Origin: a virus
Direction: 5' to 3' (one strand)
Length of the DNA stretch: 64,000 bases
Virus record (IMG/VR): IMGVR_UViG_3300025849_000016
Location: 32,001 to 96,000 of that record
Part shown: positions 56,801 through 64,000 of the stretch, piece by piece
Position numbering within the stretch: the first letter of the stretch is position 1
How the letters are laid out: each line of letters opens with the position of its first letter
Made by a program: the position numbers and the translations under genes
The notes under the pieces: generated by a model
What the model was told of the DNA's origin: nothing
The model's input: the letters and a program-made list of their open reading frames with translations, nothing else
Database searches by the model: none

Positions 56801-59447
56801 CGCTTACAAAATTAATACCTGTAAGAGTAGTTACATCAAATGTGCCGCCTTGGAATGTAGTGTTTCCAGTTTGTTGGTCAACTGTAAAGTGTGCGCCAAT
56901 TCTAAAATCACCTCGTTGGTCAACTGTTGAATAATATACTCTACCGCCGTTTGTTTCAGTAATTTCGTTTGCTTGTACAACAGCAGTATCGTCATTATCT
57001 AATCTCTTGCCAACACCGATATAACCAAAATTGTGAGATACCATTCTCAAACTTGTATCTGGGCCGTCTGCAACTATACCAAAGTTACCATAGACGTTTG
57101 CCGATGCAATTGAGCGCATTTCAGCAGCAAACTCTTTTCTGTCATAACGTAAGATACTTGTAGCAGTAGCACCGCCGTTAAAAACAATTGAATCTGGTGT
57201 AAAATCAAATCCTTCTAGATCATCGTTACGCCCGTTTTGTAAAAGAGTAGTTCCGTTTTCAACTGCATCAACTGTCATTGTTACAACAGTTGATCCGTCA
57301 GTAGATGTAAATGTTGCAACGTCACCTGCTGCTATTGTTCCTACTACTCCGCCTAGTGTAATATGTGTCTTGCCAACGCCGCCGCGACCTGTAGTTCCTG
57401 TAATACCTTTAATTGCCTCGTGTGCAAAATATGTAAAACAATTTAACCATTCAACTCTTGCACCATTAGTCATAATTAAACCAACTGAGTTAGGAACAAT
57501 AAATGTTACACTGTCAAATAGCATTGCAGGTTCTATTGAGCCAGGTGAAATACTTGCACCGTCAACTAATGCTCCGCGGCCTGCATCGCCTGCATCAAAA
57601 CCGTATGGATCATCACTAGCATTAGTACTAAGTCTTACACTTGAGCCAAAGTTAGCAACAGTAATATCTTTAATGTATGCTGACCGTATTGAAACACTTG
57701 CTGTTGGCTTGTAACGTATAGCATACCCAGTATCATTAGTACTGTTGTATTCCATTTCACGAATTGTCATACTTTCAATAACAACACCGCCATCAACACG
57801 GAAACAGTCTAAATCTCTAGTAGCCGCACTAGGTTTAATTTGTGTTGCACGTAATCCTTCACCAACAACAGAAACATTTTCTGGTACATCTAACGGAAAT
57901 GTTTCTGTAAATGTACCTGCACTAATTCGAATTGTATCTCCTGAATTTGCTTGTGATAGTGCATGTTTAATAGTTGCATATGCATCGTTAGGAAGACTGC
58001 CACTGTTAGTATCATTACCGTTTACTGTTACATAAATGATATTACCTTCTGGCATGTTTAAATCTATACCTTTAGCAAGTATTCTGCCAGTGCCGGCTGC
58101 ATCGAGTTCTAAATCTGCATTTGTATTTAAAGTTCTAATTCTGTTGCCGTCAAGTTCTATTTCGTCTACAACAATACTGTGTGCATCAATTACACTTGCT
58201 TCAAAATCTGTTCTTGATCCATCTTCGCTTATAATTACAAGACCGCCGCTGCCGTTGTCCTGCATTTTTAATCCACCTAAGTAGATTGTACTTCCGCTTA
58301 CATACAGCGAGCGCCATCTTTTTGCATCTGAACCTAGATCGTAAGTGCCATCGTCGTTTGGTATAAGATGTGATTCAAAATCAGCAGCAACAGTAATCGA
58401 ATCCGTGTCTGCATCGCCTATTGTAATGTTACCACCTAATGTAAGATTACCTGTAATTTCTGTGTCACCTGTAACAACAAGTGTAGTGCCGTCAAATGTT
58501 AAGTTAGCACTATCTTCTAGTTCTCCGTCTGTGCCTGCTAGTAATACTCTACCTGATGTTAAATCACTTACAGTCAAGCTAGGAGCTACAACATCACTTA
58601 GTATATCTATAATGCCAGTGCCAGCAGCAAGTAATTCTAAATTTGCGTTAGAATCATAAGTTTCAATTCTATTGCCATTAATTGCAATTGCAGAGAGTTT
58701 TAAATTTCCGTTTGGGTCAACTTCAACATTTTCACCAATAGTAGTTGTGCCACCACCACCACCAATTTGTGTATTACCACTATCGTCAATTACAATATCG
58801 TCGTCACCAATAGTAGTTGTACCACCGGTACCTGCACCAATTTTTAAATTTTCATACGGTAAACTAACAATTTCAGTTCCGCCTGTTCCAGCTCCAACAA
58901 TAACAGATCCAAATTGTGTACCGCCTGATGCTGATAGACCTAATCCACCTTCATAAACTGCACCTTCTATATAAACAACATTACCAGTTAATCCAGAAGG
59001 TAAGTTATCTCCAATGAAGTTTAGTACACCTGATTGATAATCAAAGAACCATTCGTCGTTGTTTCCAGAACCAGCAGCAAATATTTTTGTTCCTGTTGAA
59101 GCTGGACTAGCTGCACCTGCACTATCAATGTACACGTTTACTTGATATGTAGCACCAAACTGTGGAGGGATCCAGTTTTCGTATCCTGTTTTCCAAGTTC
59201 TATTTGGAGTAGCAGTTGCGTCTTGTGTACACTCGGCTGTATAAAGTGCTACAGGTGCAGCAGCAGTTAACGGTTTTATGTTAGGTACGCTGCCACTATC
59301 AGCCCATAATTGATCTGAACGCAATAGCAATCCACTTGATATACTTTCATTAACAGCACTTTTAATGCTATTGACGTCAGTTTTAGCTACACCATAACCT
59401 ACTTTTTTCCAAAGCCAGTCAATTTTTTGTATGTCACTTATTGCCAT
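50880..59447 (-). CDS. Giant tail-fibre protein (2855 aa): beta-helix domain, shaft repeats, PKD-like domains
   Basis: IYVTVNGNDTNSG....AYATIKHAL...AGTFTETFPL beta-helix cap. YDLGS..K.W..LY repeats. IDWGDG...PSHTY PKD-like motif. N-terminus like 40115..50875, C-terminal ~800 aa like 59459..62857. Confidence 0.8.
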   Translation of the reverse strand: MAISDIQKIDWLWKKVGYGVAKTDVNSIKSAVNESISSGLLLRSDQLWADSGSVPNIKPLTAAAPVALYTAECTQDATATPNRTWKTGYENWIPPQFGATYQVNVYIDSAGAASPASTGTKIFAAGSGNNDEWFFDYQSGVLNFIGDNLPSGLTGNVVYIEGAVYEGGLGLSASGGTQFGSVIVGAGTGGTEIVSLPYENLKIGAGTGGTTTIGDDDIVIDDSGNTQIGGGGGTTTIGENVEVDPNGNLKLSAIAINGNRIETYDSNANLELLAAGTGIIDILSDVVAPSLTVSDLTSGRVLLAGTDGELEDSANLTFDGTTLVVTGDTEITGNLTLGGNITIGDADTDSITVAADFESHLIPNDDGTYDLGSDAKRWRSLYVSGSTIYLGGLKMQDNGSGGLVIISEDGSRTDFEASVIDAHSIVVDEIELDGNRIRTLNTNADLELDAAGTGRILAKGIDLNMPEGNIIYVTVNGNDTNSGSLPNDAYATIKHALSQANSGDTIRISAGTFTETFPLDVPENVSVVGEGLRATQIKPSAATRDLDCFRVDGGVVIESMTIREMEYNSTNDTGYAIRYKPTASVSIRSAYIKDITVANFGSSVRLSTNASDDPYGFDAGDAGRGALVDGASISPGSIEPAMLFDSVTFIVPNSVGLIMTNGARVEWLNCFTYFAHEAIKGITGTTGRGGVGKTHITLGGVVGTIAAGDVATFTSTDGSTVVTMTVDAVENGTTLLQNGRNDDLEGFDFTPDSIVFNGGATATSILRYDRKEFAAEMRSIASANVYGNFGIVADGPDTSLRMVSHNFGYIGVGKRLDNDDTAVVQANEITETNGGRVYYSTVDQRGDFRIGAHFTVDQQTGNTTFQGGTFDVTTLTGINFVSGVNTSTVDPFKIETGNLRLAGNSISTITGDINLTPSGTSNINLSADTEVSGTVTVGQTLTVTGDTNLAGNLDVTGNVNIGGNITIGDADTDAITVAADFESNLIPDEADKYDLGSTTKPWNKLYASLVNIGQLNVEDVQINGNRIETVNTNSPLELDAAGTGTIELQTDTNITGDATVSGTLEITGVTTINDALDVVGLASLDGGIDVDGAFTVADTTGNINTTGTLDVTGDTTLQVLNAQETTLSSVTVSDLTAGRIVLAGTSGAIEDSGNLTFDGTTLDVTGNLDVSGDVTIGGNITIGDADTDGITVAADFESHLIPNANETYDLGSATKNWRKLYVAGQIHLGGIQLKEESGGFKVVDAAGNEVNITAGEVYADRLVGEDILITGNRIATTSTNSPVEIIAAGTGTVELLSDTNITGAVTVSDTLDVTGDTTLQVLDAQETTLSSATISDLTANRIVLAGTSGAIEDSAALTFDGTDMIIGTTSSLQIPVGTTLERPTPVTGQMRFNSTDTAFEGYDGTAWASLGGVKDVDQDTKIIAESSPGTDNDELDFYTAGSVRMQIGATGDLGFGPNLTEFTIAQATGDTAIGGTLGVTGTSTLTNVDITGTLSITGNASIDNIDIDGSTISASTDITIDPNPSGAGGTLTVAGLIDVTGNATLQGTLDVDNEATLASAIVEDLTDNRIVIAGSGGAIEDDANLTFDGTEFSIGAGNFTVQQASGDTLVSGDLHVDGTTTLAGLNLESLTNGRVLLMGASEIEDNANLTFDGTTLTATAVVVDNITIDGNTISTSSGTLVIDPTPAGSAGTLTIQGDLQVMGTTTTINSTVTTLDDPILTLGGDTAPATDDTKDKGVEFRWHTGTDAKVGFFGFDRTDEKFTFISDATNSSEVFAGTLGNVKFGNIDAVDINATGNVVIGGNITIGDSDSDGITIAGEFDSDLIPNDDVTYDLGTDLKRWKDLYLSGNSIYLGNVTMSQHIDGMMVHMPDSDVMMDLYAAEINAGSLILDDIRIDGNLIQTTESNSNLQLGVSGTGEIELKANTTIEGTFNVTGTTILSDVDTAAITATTIETTQTVTVGSNINVDGDIITPSITITDNTIATSNTNSALELKAAGTGAVEVIGRFNIENTTEVDAILDEDDLVSDSATAIPTQQSVKAYVDSEVSLVSGSQIGNQITLGAPSDGGFADGAYKELSASGNIAEALDQLNETMFNVANDTFVRGVTFSASPQAGGEGTTVTLSLTVDGNSNRYDIDWGDGNTTSATSDNTPSHTYTSNAGSPYTVVVRAFNNSGSGYGSEASATNTDYIVIYTADPVMAFSLYNASTGGSALTGNEKYVIEGDSLYLENLTTNTSMADVTYSMNWGDGSSNDSIASDAAAGGVAGSRLQHTWAGGTATGTGSDTLTLQLLTHTTATPALFPMSTTTTLKVYDPNIAAPQGLSTKTISLAIPSGSSPKLAAGATDNSNGSSTLTAGDDVQRNTATTGFIESSIIPTFAYNASAGTLHAKVNGANDGTITLSSGDDTAHIGALDLTEESDYNLLNASGSSTSFGSSIYHPALYSGFKARVKKATNSTSVGINTFQLSHTATGDTNLVEFVKDTMTDTPIVTEGTIAEKTAGTYRYISGVPYYNTGSPVITLSGVTIDDWIGQTYMDTPSPFTVESGTNLEGTSQSAITSPQSYSYALIDGATTFLTGGIPNANTGNGTPYSIGPVDINITSSSVRTVEQLRTRGLNVNGYGDYQAQSEKIAVHTAAQTGISEIAISVSNSLGSTHTDDAVRIFDFNAATTDNPAYVNSTNFYTNNPYTESTDPGVEGTQEATIRLGVLEHNVENYSSYLPVGPDRSGDTGTQYFTMAFRRSAVSKFRINISSSGIAGMWLALPGSDTDTTSGLNGWLDCSTPYGGNGKPGSGTGGNTSDGVADGPANIIGTGTSLSGNYQMTLGTVSTTSTTGNVVLIRIALTAGQSVSSLSILEGV

Positions 59448-59458
59448 TTATTTCAACC

Positions 59459-62400
59459 TTACGATATCGAAAGTGCTGTAACACTTTCGCCTGCTGCTAA
59501 TGCTATTCTTACTAACACAACGTTACCTGTTGCATCTGTCATGTTTGCTGTACCTAGTGTCATCGAAAACGATCCACTAAGTGATTGCCCTGGAATTATT
59601 CTTTCACCTGGGTTTACTGCACACCCATTTGTGTTTGTAGGTGATCCTGATGCACCCGGAAGTCCTACACCATTATAAACTCCTGCACACTCTAACCAGC
59701 CGTTGATTGTACTACTACCATCAATTCCTGATCCAGGAGCAGCAATGAAAACACCTGTTACACCTGTTGAACTTGTAATATTAATATCAAAGTTTGCAAC
59801 AACTTGACGTCTAAATGCCATTGTAAAATATTGTGTACCTGTATCGCTACTTCTGTCTGGTCCTACTGGTAATAAGACACTAAAATCATCAATGTTATGT
59901 TCTAGCACACCGTACCTTATTGTTGCTTCTTGTGTTCCAGCTACGCCAGGATCTGCTGATTCAGTATATATGCTATTTGTATAAAAGTTTGTTGAACTAT
60001 TGTATGCAGGAGTGTTTGTTGTATCTGCGTTAAAGTCAAATATTCTTACAGCATCATCACTAAAGCCTGTACCTAAACTTGCACTTACGTCGATTGCAGT
60101 TTCATTTATTCCTGATTGTGATGCACTATGGACTTGAATTACTTCTGGTAAGCTAACATATGAACTATATCCATTAACATTACGGACTCTATATCTTAGT
60201 TGCTCTGAAACTCTTGTATTGCTTGCATTAATATTAACAACTAAATCTCCAAAGGCATATGCTCCACCTACACCTGTATCTGCATTAGGTATGCCTCCTG
60301 TTAACATTGAGGGTGTTCCGTCTACATCGCTATAATCAAAGTTTTGTTCTACGATACCGCTACCACTTCCTTCAGTATCTGTTCCGCTTGTAACTTCTAC
60401 AACATCAGATATGTTTGCATATGTTTGACCAACTAAGTTAGTTGCTGTTGTTCCACTAAGTGTTAAACTTGCACCTGTGTTGTAATGAGGTACTCCGCTA
60501 ACATAACGAAGAGTTCCGGCTACATTTTCTGTTAGGGTGCCGCCTGTTGCAGTAGGATTAGTAGTGATATCGTCTTTAACAAATACTACTGTGTTTGTAT
60601 CACCAGTAGCATCATGGCTAAGTTGAAAACTATTAATGCCTTTCGGAGTAGATGCATTAGATTTACTTACACGAGCTTTGAACCCGCTGTATAGTCCTGG
60701 ATGGTATATACTAGAAGAAAAACTTGTAGAGCTGCCACCTGCATTTAGCAAGTTGTAGTCTTGTTCATCTGTAATTGTTACACTGTCTGTTGTACCTGTG
60801 TTATCAGCTGCACTTAATCCTATTGCTCCGTCGGCTGTACCGTTGACTATAGCACTTAATGTTCCTGCTGCTGCATTATATGCAAATGTACTTGTAGCAC
60901 TAGTCTGAATATTACCAGCTGCACTTTCTATTCTAGATATATTGTCACCTGCATTTAATCCAGATGTACCGCTTGTGTTGTCAGTTGCACTAGCTGCAAG
61001 TTTAGGACTTGTACCTTGTGTGCCTGTGATACTAATAGTTTTTGTGCTTAGTCCTTGCGGAGCAGCAATATTTGGATCATAGACTTTTAAGCTAGTAGTT
61101 GTTGACAATGGAAATATACCAGGTGTAGCAGTTGTATGCGTTAACAAAGTAAGTGTTAATGTATCATTGCCGGTACCTGTGTTTGTAGCAGCGCCCCAAG
61201 TATGTTGCAATCTGCTTCCTGATACTCCGCCTGGATCGCTATCACTAGCAATGCTGTCTAGTGACGAACCATCACCCCAGTTCATTGAATAGGTAACAGC
61301 AGCCATTGTTGTGTTTGTTGTTATGTTTTGTAAGTATAAGCTATCACCTTCAATAACGTATTTGTCATTACCGGTAATAGCACTGCCACCCGATGCTGCT
61401 CTGTAAAGGCCAAATGCCATAACAGGATCTGCTGTGTAAATTATTACATAATCTTCCTGAGTAGCACTAGCTTCGCTACCATAACCAGTACCATTATTAT
61501 TAAACGCACGTACAATTACAGTATATGGTGATCCTGTATTACTTGTATATGTATGACTAGGTGTACTGTCAGTAGTGTTTAATGTTACATCACCGTCGCC
61601 CCATGTAATATCGTATCTATTTGAATTACCGTCTACTGTTAAGTTTAATGTAACTGTTAACCCTTCACCGCCTGCTAATGGTGATCCAGTAAATGATACA
61701 CTTCTTACAAAAGTGTTGTTAGCAACATTACGCATTGTTTCGTTAAGTTGATCAAATGCTTCGGCTATATCTTCTGCAGGATCCAATCCAACATACGCTC
61801 CGTCGGTATATGTTCCGTCTGATGGTGTTCCGACAACAATTTGATCACCTATCAAAGATGAAACAGTGTTACCTATGTTTGTATCTACATATGCTTTTAC
61901 ACTTTGTTGTGTTGCTAATGCTGATGCACTATCACTTACAAGATCGTCTTCGTCTAATATATTATCAATTGATACACCTGCATTAACTCTAAAGTTGCCT
62001 TGTACTTGTATTTGTCCTGTACCAGCTGCGGAAAATGTTAAATCACTGTTACTTGCTGTAGTTTGAATAGTGTTACCGTCAATAAGAATGTCATCATCTA
62101 TAGTAACTGCTCCTATAGATAAGTCAGCTTGTACAATAACCTTTCCAGTGCCAGCAGTTTTAATAAAAATATCGCTGTTTGACTGTGTTGTTTGTAAGGT
62201 GTCGCCTGTAATTAATAAGTTTGCATCAATTAATGCACTTTCAGCTTCTGTTAATCCGCCAAGTTCACCTACAAGCTCGCCTTCGGGCAATTGAAATACT
62301 TGTAAACTACCATTACCAGAATCTTTCAATTCTATATTACCTAGTGTAATAGTTTGACCAGATAGATAAATGTCACGCCATCTTTTGTCTATAGAACCTA

Positions 62401-62857
62401 AGTCATATGTTTCTGTAGTATCTGGAAGTATATGACTTGCTATATCTGCATTAATTGTAATACTATCTGTATCTGCATCACCTAATGTTAAATTACCGTC
62501 AGCAGTAATGCTTCCAGTAGCATGTATGTCACCTGTTACTTCTACGTTACCATTTAAATTAATAAAATCTGTAGCTGTAGCAGGTGCAACATTAACATCA
62601 CCTACTGTTGTTGTAATTAAACTATTATTTAGAGAAAGATCGTCTACAAGTAAAGAACCTGAACGAATGTCGGTTGCATTAATTGTTCCTGTAACGTCTA
62701 GTTCATATCCAGGTGAACCGTTTATAATACCAATTTTAGGATTCGCTGGGTCTGATGTTACATCAAAGTAAATTAAATTACTATTAATAGCTAGGTCCTC
62801 ATCACGTAAGAGATTACTCTTAAGTAACGGACCTGAAATTCTTCCTACGTTGGCCAC
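59459..62857 (-). CDS. Tail-fibre/structural protein (1132 aa) with PKD-like domains
   Basis: GTG start 5 nt after a GAGGAG SD. ITWGDG...PSHTY. C-terminal region collinear with 50880..59447. Confidence 0.8.
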   Translation of the reverse strand: MANVGRISGPLLKSNLLRDEDLAINSNLIYFDVTSDPANPKIGIINGSPGYELDVTGTINATDIRSGSLLVDDLSLNNSLITTTVGDVNVAPATATDFINLNGNVEVTGDIHATGSITADGNLTLGDADTDSITINADIASHILPDTTETYDLGSIDKRWRDIYLSGQTITLGNIELKDSGNGSLQVFQLPEGELVGELGGLTEAESALIDANLLITGDTLQTTQSNSDIFIKTAGTGKVIVQADLSIGAVTIDDDILIDGNTIQTTASNSDLTFSAAGTGQIQVQGNFRVNAGVSIDNILDEDDLVSDSASALATQQSVKAYVDTNIGNTVSSLIGDQIVVGTPSDGTYTDGAYVGLDPAEDIAEAFDQLNETMRNVANNTFVRSVSFTGSPLAGGEGLTVTLNLTVDGNSNRYDITWGDGDVTLNTTDSTPSHTYTSNTGSPYTVIVRAFNNNGTGYGSEASATQEDYVIIYTADPVMAFGLYRAASGGSAITGNDKYVIEGDSLYLQNITTNTTMAAVTYSMNWGDGSSLDSIASDSDPGGVSGSRLQHTWGAATNTGTGNDTLTLTLLTHTTATPGIFPLSTTTSLKVYDPNIAAPQGLSTKTISITGTQGTSPKLAASATDNTSGTSGLNAGDNISRIESAAGNIQTSATSTFAYNAAAGTLSAIVNGTADGAIGLSAADNTGTTDSVTITDEQDYNLLNAGGSSTSFSSSIYHPGLYSGFKARVSKSNASTPKGINSFQLSHDATGDTNTVVFVKDDITTNPTATGGTLTENVAGTLRYVSGVPHYNTGASLTLSGTTATNLVGQTYANISDVVEVTSGTDTEGSGSGIVEQNFDYSDVDGTPSMLTGGIPNADTGVGGAYAFGDLVVNINASNTRVSEQLRYRVRNVNGYSSYVSLPEVIQVHSASQSGINETAIDVSASLGTGFSDDAVRIFDFNADTTNTPAYNSSTNFYTNSIYTESADPGVAGTQEATIRYGVLEHNIDDFSVLLPVGPDRSSDTGTQYFTMAFRRQVVANFDINITSSTGVTGVFIAAPGSGIDGSSTINGWLECAGVYNGVGLPGASGSPTNTNGCAVNPGERIIPGQSLSGSFSMTLGTANMTDATGNVVLVRIALAAGESVTALSIS

Positions 62858-62869
62858 ATCAGCTCCTCA

Positions 62870-62954
62870 ATAAACGGCGATCCTGTCGCTCCAACCACCT
62901 TACCTTGCGGGTTGACCACAGTTTGACCTGCAACTTAGACCAACTACGTTGCAT
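62870..62954 (-). ncRNA. Candidate structured cis-regulatory 5' leader RNA
   Basis: Non-coding and GC-rich, between late promoter and SD. Stems UGCAAC/GUUGCA, UGUGG/CCGCA or UCAACC/GGUUGG, and GCGA/UCGC. Confidence 0.5.
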
Positions 62955-62960
62955 TAATAG

Positions 62961-62968
62961 TATTTATC
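62961..62968 (-). promoter_or_regulatory. T4-like late promoter core GATAAATA
   Basis: Immediately downstream of a terminator, heading the three-gene giant-fibre unit. Confidence 0.75.
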
Positions 62969-62973
62969 CAATC

Positions 62974-63003
62974 AAAAAAATAAGAGCTAATAAGCCCTTA
63001 TTT
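62974..63003 (-). terminator. Rho-independent terminator
   Basis: AATAAGGGCT-TATT-AGCTCTTATT stem-loop (one G.U pair) running into a T7 tract, 3' of 63036..63566. Confidence 0.7.
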
Positions 63004-63035
63004 CAAAATCATTACTTTAAAGTAGTTTAAATGCA

Positions 63036-63566
63036 CTATTTGTCAAAATTATGTAGTACTGTTATATCTTTTCCGGTAGGAGGAGCAGTTCCAAAATCTA
63101 AATACCAGCCAGCTACTTTGCCTGCCGGATTTTGTACTAATGTGTAGTTTGTTGTAGGAATTTGGAATACATTTTCAATATAAACAAAAATACTTCTTGG
63201 ATTATTAGCAAAACTTAATGGATTTTCTACGTCTTGATTATCTAATGGTCCGAATAATGTTTCAATATCGTCTGCTCCAGTAAACGTTTGTTGATTAATA
63301 GCTGTTGCTGTACCCATGCGTATCTTTTTCCAACTGCCACCTTGATAAAATTCTAATTTTCCGTCAATAGGATCACCCGGTGATGATTGTATAAGATAGC
63401 GCATCATACCTTCTTCTGGTACAAGAGGTCTAGTTGTAGCATCTCCTCTTGGTACTCTAACACTTTTAGGAGTATCTAATACAATTTCATCATTAATGCC
63501 TTTAACAATTATGCCTCTGCCATTTATGTTCTTTATATTAGTAACTTGCTTCTTATAAAATTTCAT
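63036..63566 (-). CDS. Hypothetical virion structural protein
   Basis: VP.G....RP..P..G.MRY...LEFY....W motif also in 33858..40040 and 50880..59447. IFVYIENVFQ.P...YT...F..APP.G..I is a small beta domain. Confidence 0.7.
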   Translation of the reverse strand: MKFYKKQVTNIKNINGRGIIVKGINDEIVLDTPKSVRVPRGDATTRPLVPEEGMMRYLIQSSPGDPIDGKLEFYQGGSWKKIRMGTATAINQQTFTGADDIETLFGPLDNQDVENPLSFANNPRSIFVYIENVFQIPTTNYTLVQNPAGKVAGWYLDFGTAPPTGKDITVLHNFDK

Positions 63567-63567
63567 T

Positions 63568-63906
63568 TTAGATATCCACGTAGCTTAGTGTTGCAACTAA
63601 ATTATTAGGTGATCCGCTTAAAACTTGCATACTGTCACCTGCTTCTAACACAAGTTTTTCTGTATCCATTACAAATGTTTCTCCGGCTGATATAGGTAAT
63701 GCATTGATTATCATATTAGACGAACCAAGTGAGCCACCACTTTCAACTAAATGAGCAGTAAGTGTTGTTTCGCCTGCTGTATCATCTGCTGGATCTGCGT
63801 TTGCTGTATTTGTAAAAATTACTGTTGTAATAACGTATGTCTTATCAGCAGGAACTAGAAGCAATGTTGATGCGCTGCTTGTTAAACTTAGATTTGCTAA
63901 TGCCAT
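63568..63906 (-). CDS. Small (~110 aa) beta-rich virion protein
   Basis: LLLVPA...VITTVIFTN...I.AGETF....EKLVLEAGD....S....LVATLSYVD. Paralog of 27077..27406 and 3821..4147. Confidence 0.75.
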   Translation of the reverse strand: MALANLSLTSSASTLLLVPADKTYVITTVIFTNTANADPADDTAGETTLTAHLVESGGSLGSSNMIINALPISAGETFVMDTEKLVLEAGDSMQVLSGSPNNLVATLSYVDI

Positions 63907-63918
63907 TTCTTATTTTCC

Positions 63919-64000
63919 TTAAAATATTAGTGCAAACAATGCAGCAGTTTTTCTACTTACAAGGTCGCCTTGTCTAGTTGGTGTTATAAATTTTAGTCCT
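63919..64000 (-). CDS. 3' end of an upstream structural gene (5'-truncated)
   Basis: Reads ...GLKFITPTRQGDLVSRKTAALFALIF-TAA, ending at 63919, followed by the AGGA SD of the next gene. Confidence 0.6.
   Translation of the reverse strand, partial: GLKFITPTRQGDLVSRKTAALFALIF

Noticed and set aside
4163-59447. Recurrent DDS tripeptide as a glycosylation sequon
   Set aside because: About ten occurrences in roughly 20,000 Asp/Ser-rich residues is near my rough chance expectation.
555-62771. Many plus-strand ORFs up to 352 aa, and short alternative-frame minus ORFs
   Set aside because: All lie opposite or inside long minus-strand genes. Their Pro/Val/Ser-rich sequences mirror Gly/Thr/Asp codon bias and they show no recognisable motifs.
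62845-62859. Out-of-frame mini-ORF ATG TGG CCA ACG TAG overlapping the GTG start
   Set aside because: Only 3 nt from the SD and easily a chance occurrence; no further support.
1-64000. Invertible tail-fibre cassette or shufflon
   Set aside because: All genes are co-oriented, with no recombinase and no promoterless inverted alternative C-termini.
1-64000. Stop-codon reassignment
   Set aside because: TAA, TAG and TGA all end genes at sensible boundaries and ORFs tile the window under the standard code.
1-64000. Assignment as a cyanophage or as a eukaryotic giant virus
   Set aside because: No host-marker genes are present, and the phycobilin-like and cupredoxin-like motifs are too indirect to name a host. 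SD sequences, coupled genes and T4-type motifs argue against a eukaryotic virus.

Overview
The whole window is one contiguous, gene-dense, AT-rich block of a large T4-like tailed bacteriophage genome: 26 CDS (two truncated at the edges), all on the minus strand and all apparently virion tail, fibre or baseplate-periphery proteins. There is no replication, lysis, tRNA, recombinase or reverse-transcriptase gene. Evidence for a T4-like myovirus: the late-promoter core (G/A)ATAAATA in seven intergenic gaps, a gp9/gp10-type N-terminus (25612..26571), a gp37-type N-terminus (33858..40040) and gp34-type repeat domains. The host cannot be determined from this window. Transcription order: giant shaft fibres (1132, 2855, 3586, 2060 and ~2134 aa), a connector followed by polyglycine adhesins, two paralogous CBM5/12-repeat/beta-helix spikes, then a cassette of Cys-rich adhesins with tail-fibre-chaperone-like proteins. 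Most notable observations: (1) two spike proteins carry a helical insert that aligns without gaps to the bilin-binding C-x-R-D helix of phycobiliproteins; (2) four intact type-1-copper-like (H...C-x2-H-x2-M) domains on adhesins and spikes; (3) a repeated hub-plus-three-plugs adhesin layout, giving nine Gly-rich adhesin domains; (4) conserved or structured late 5' leaders, including an identical 15-mer on two genes 25 kb apart and two leaders that are partly complementary to each other. All family assignments are by eye from remembered motifs; no searches were run.
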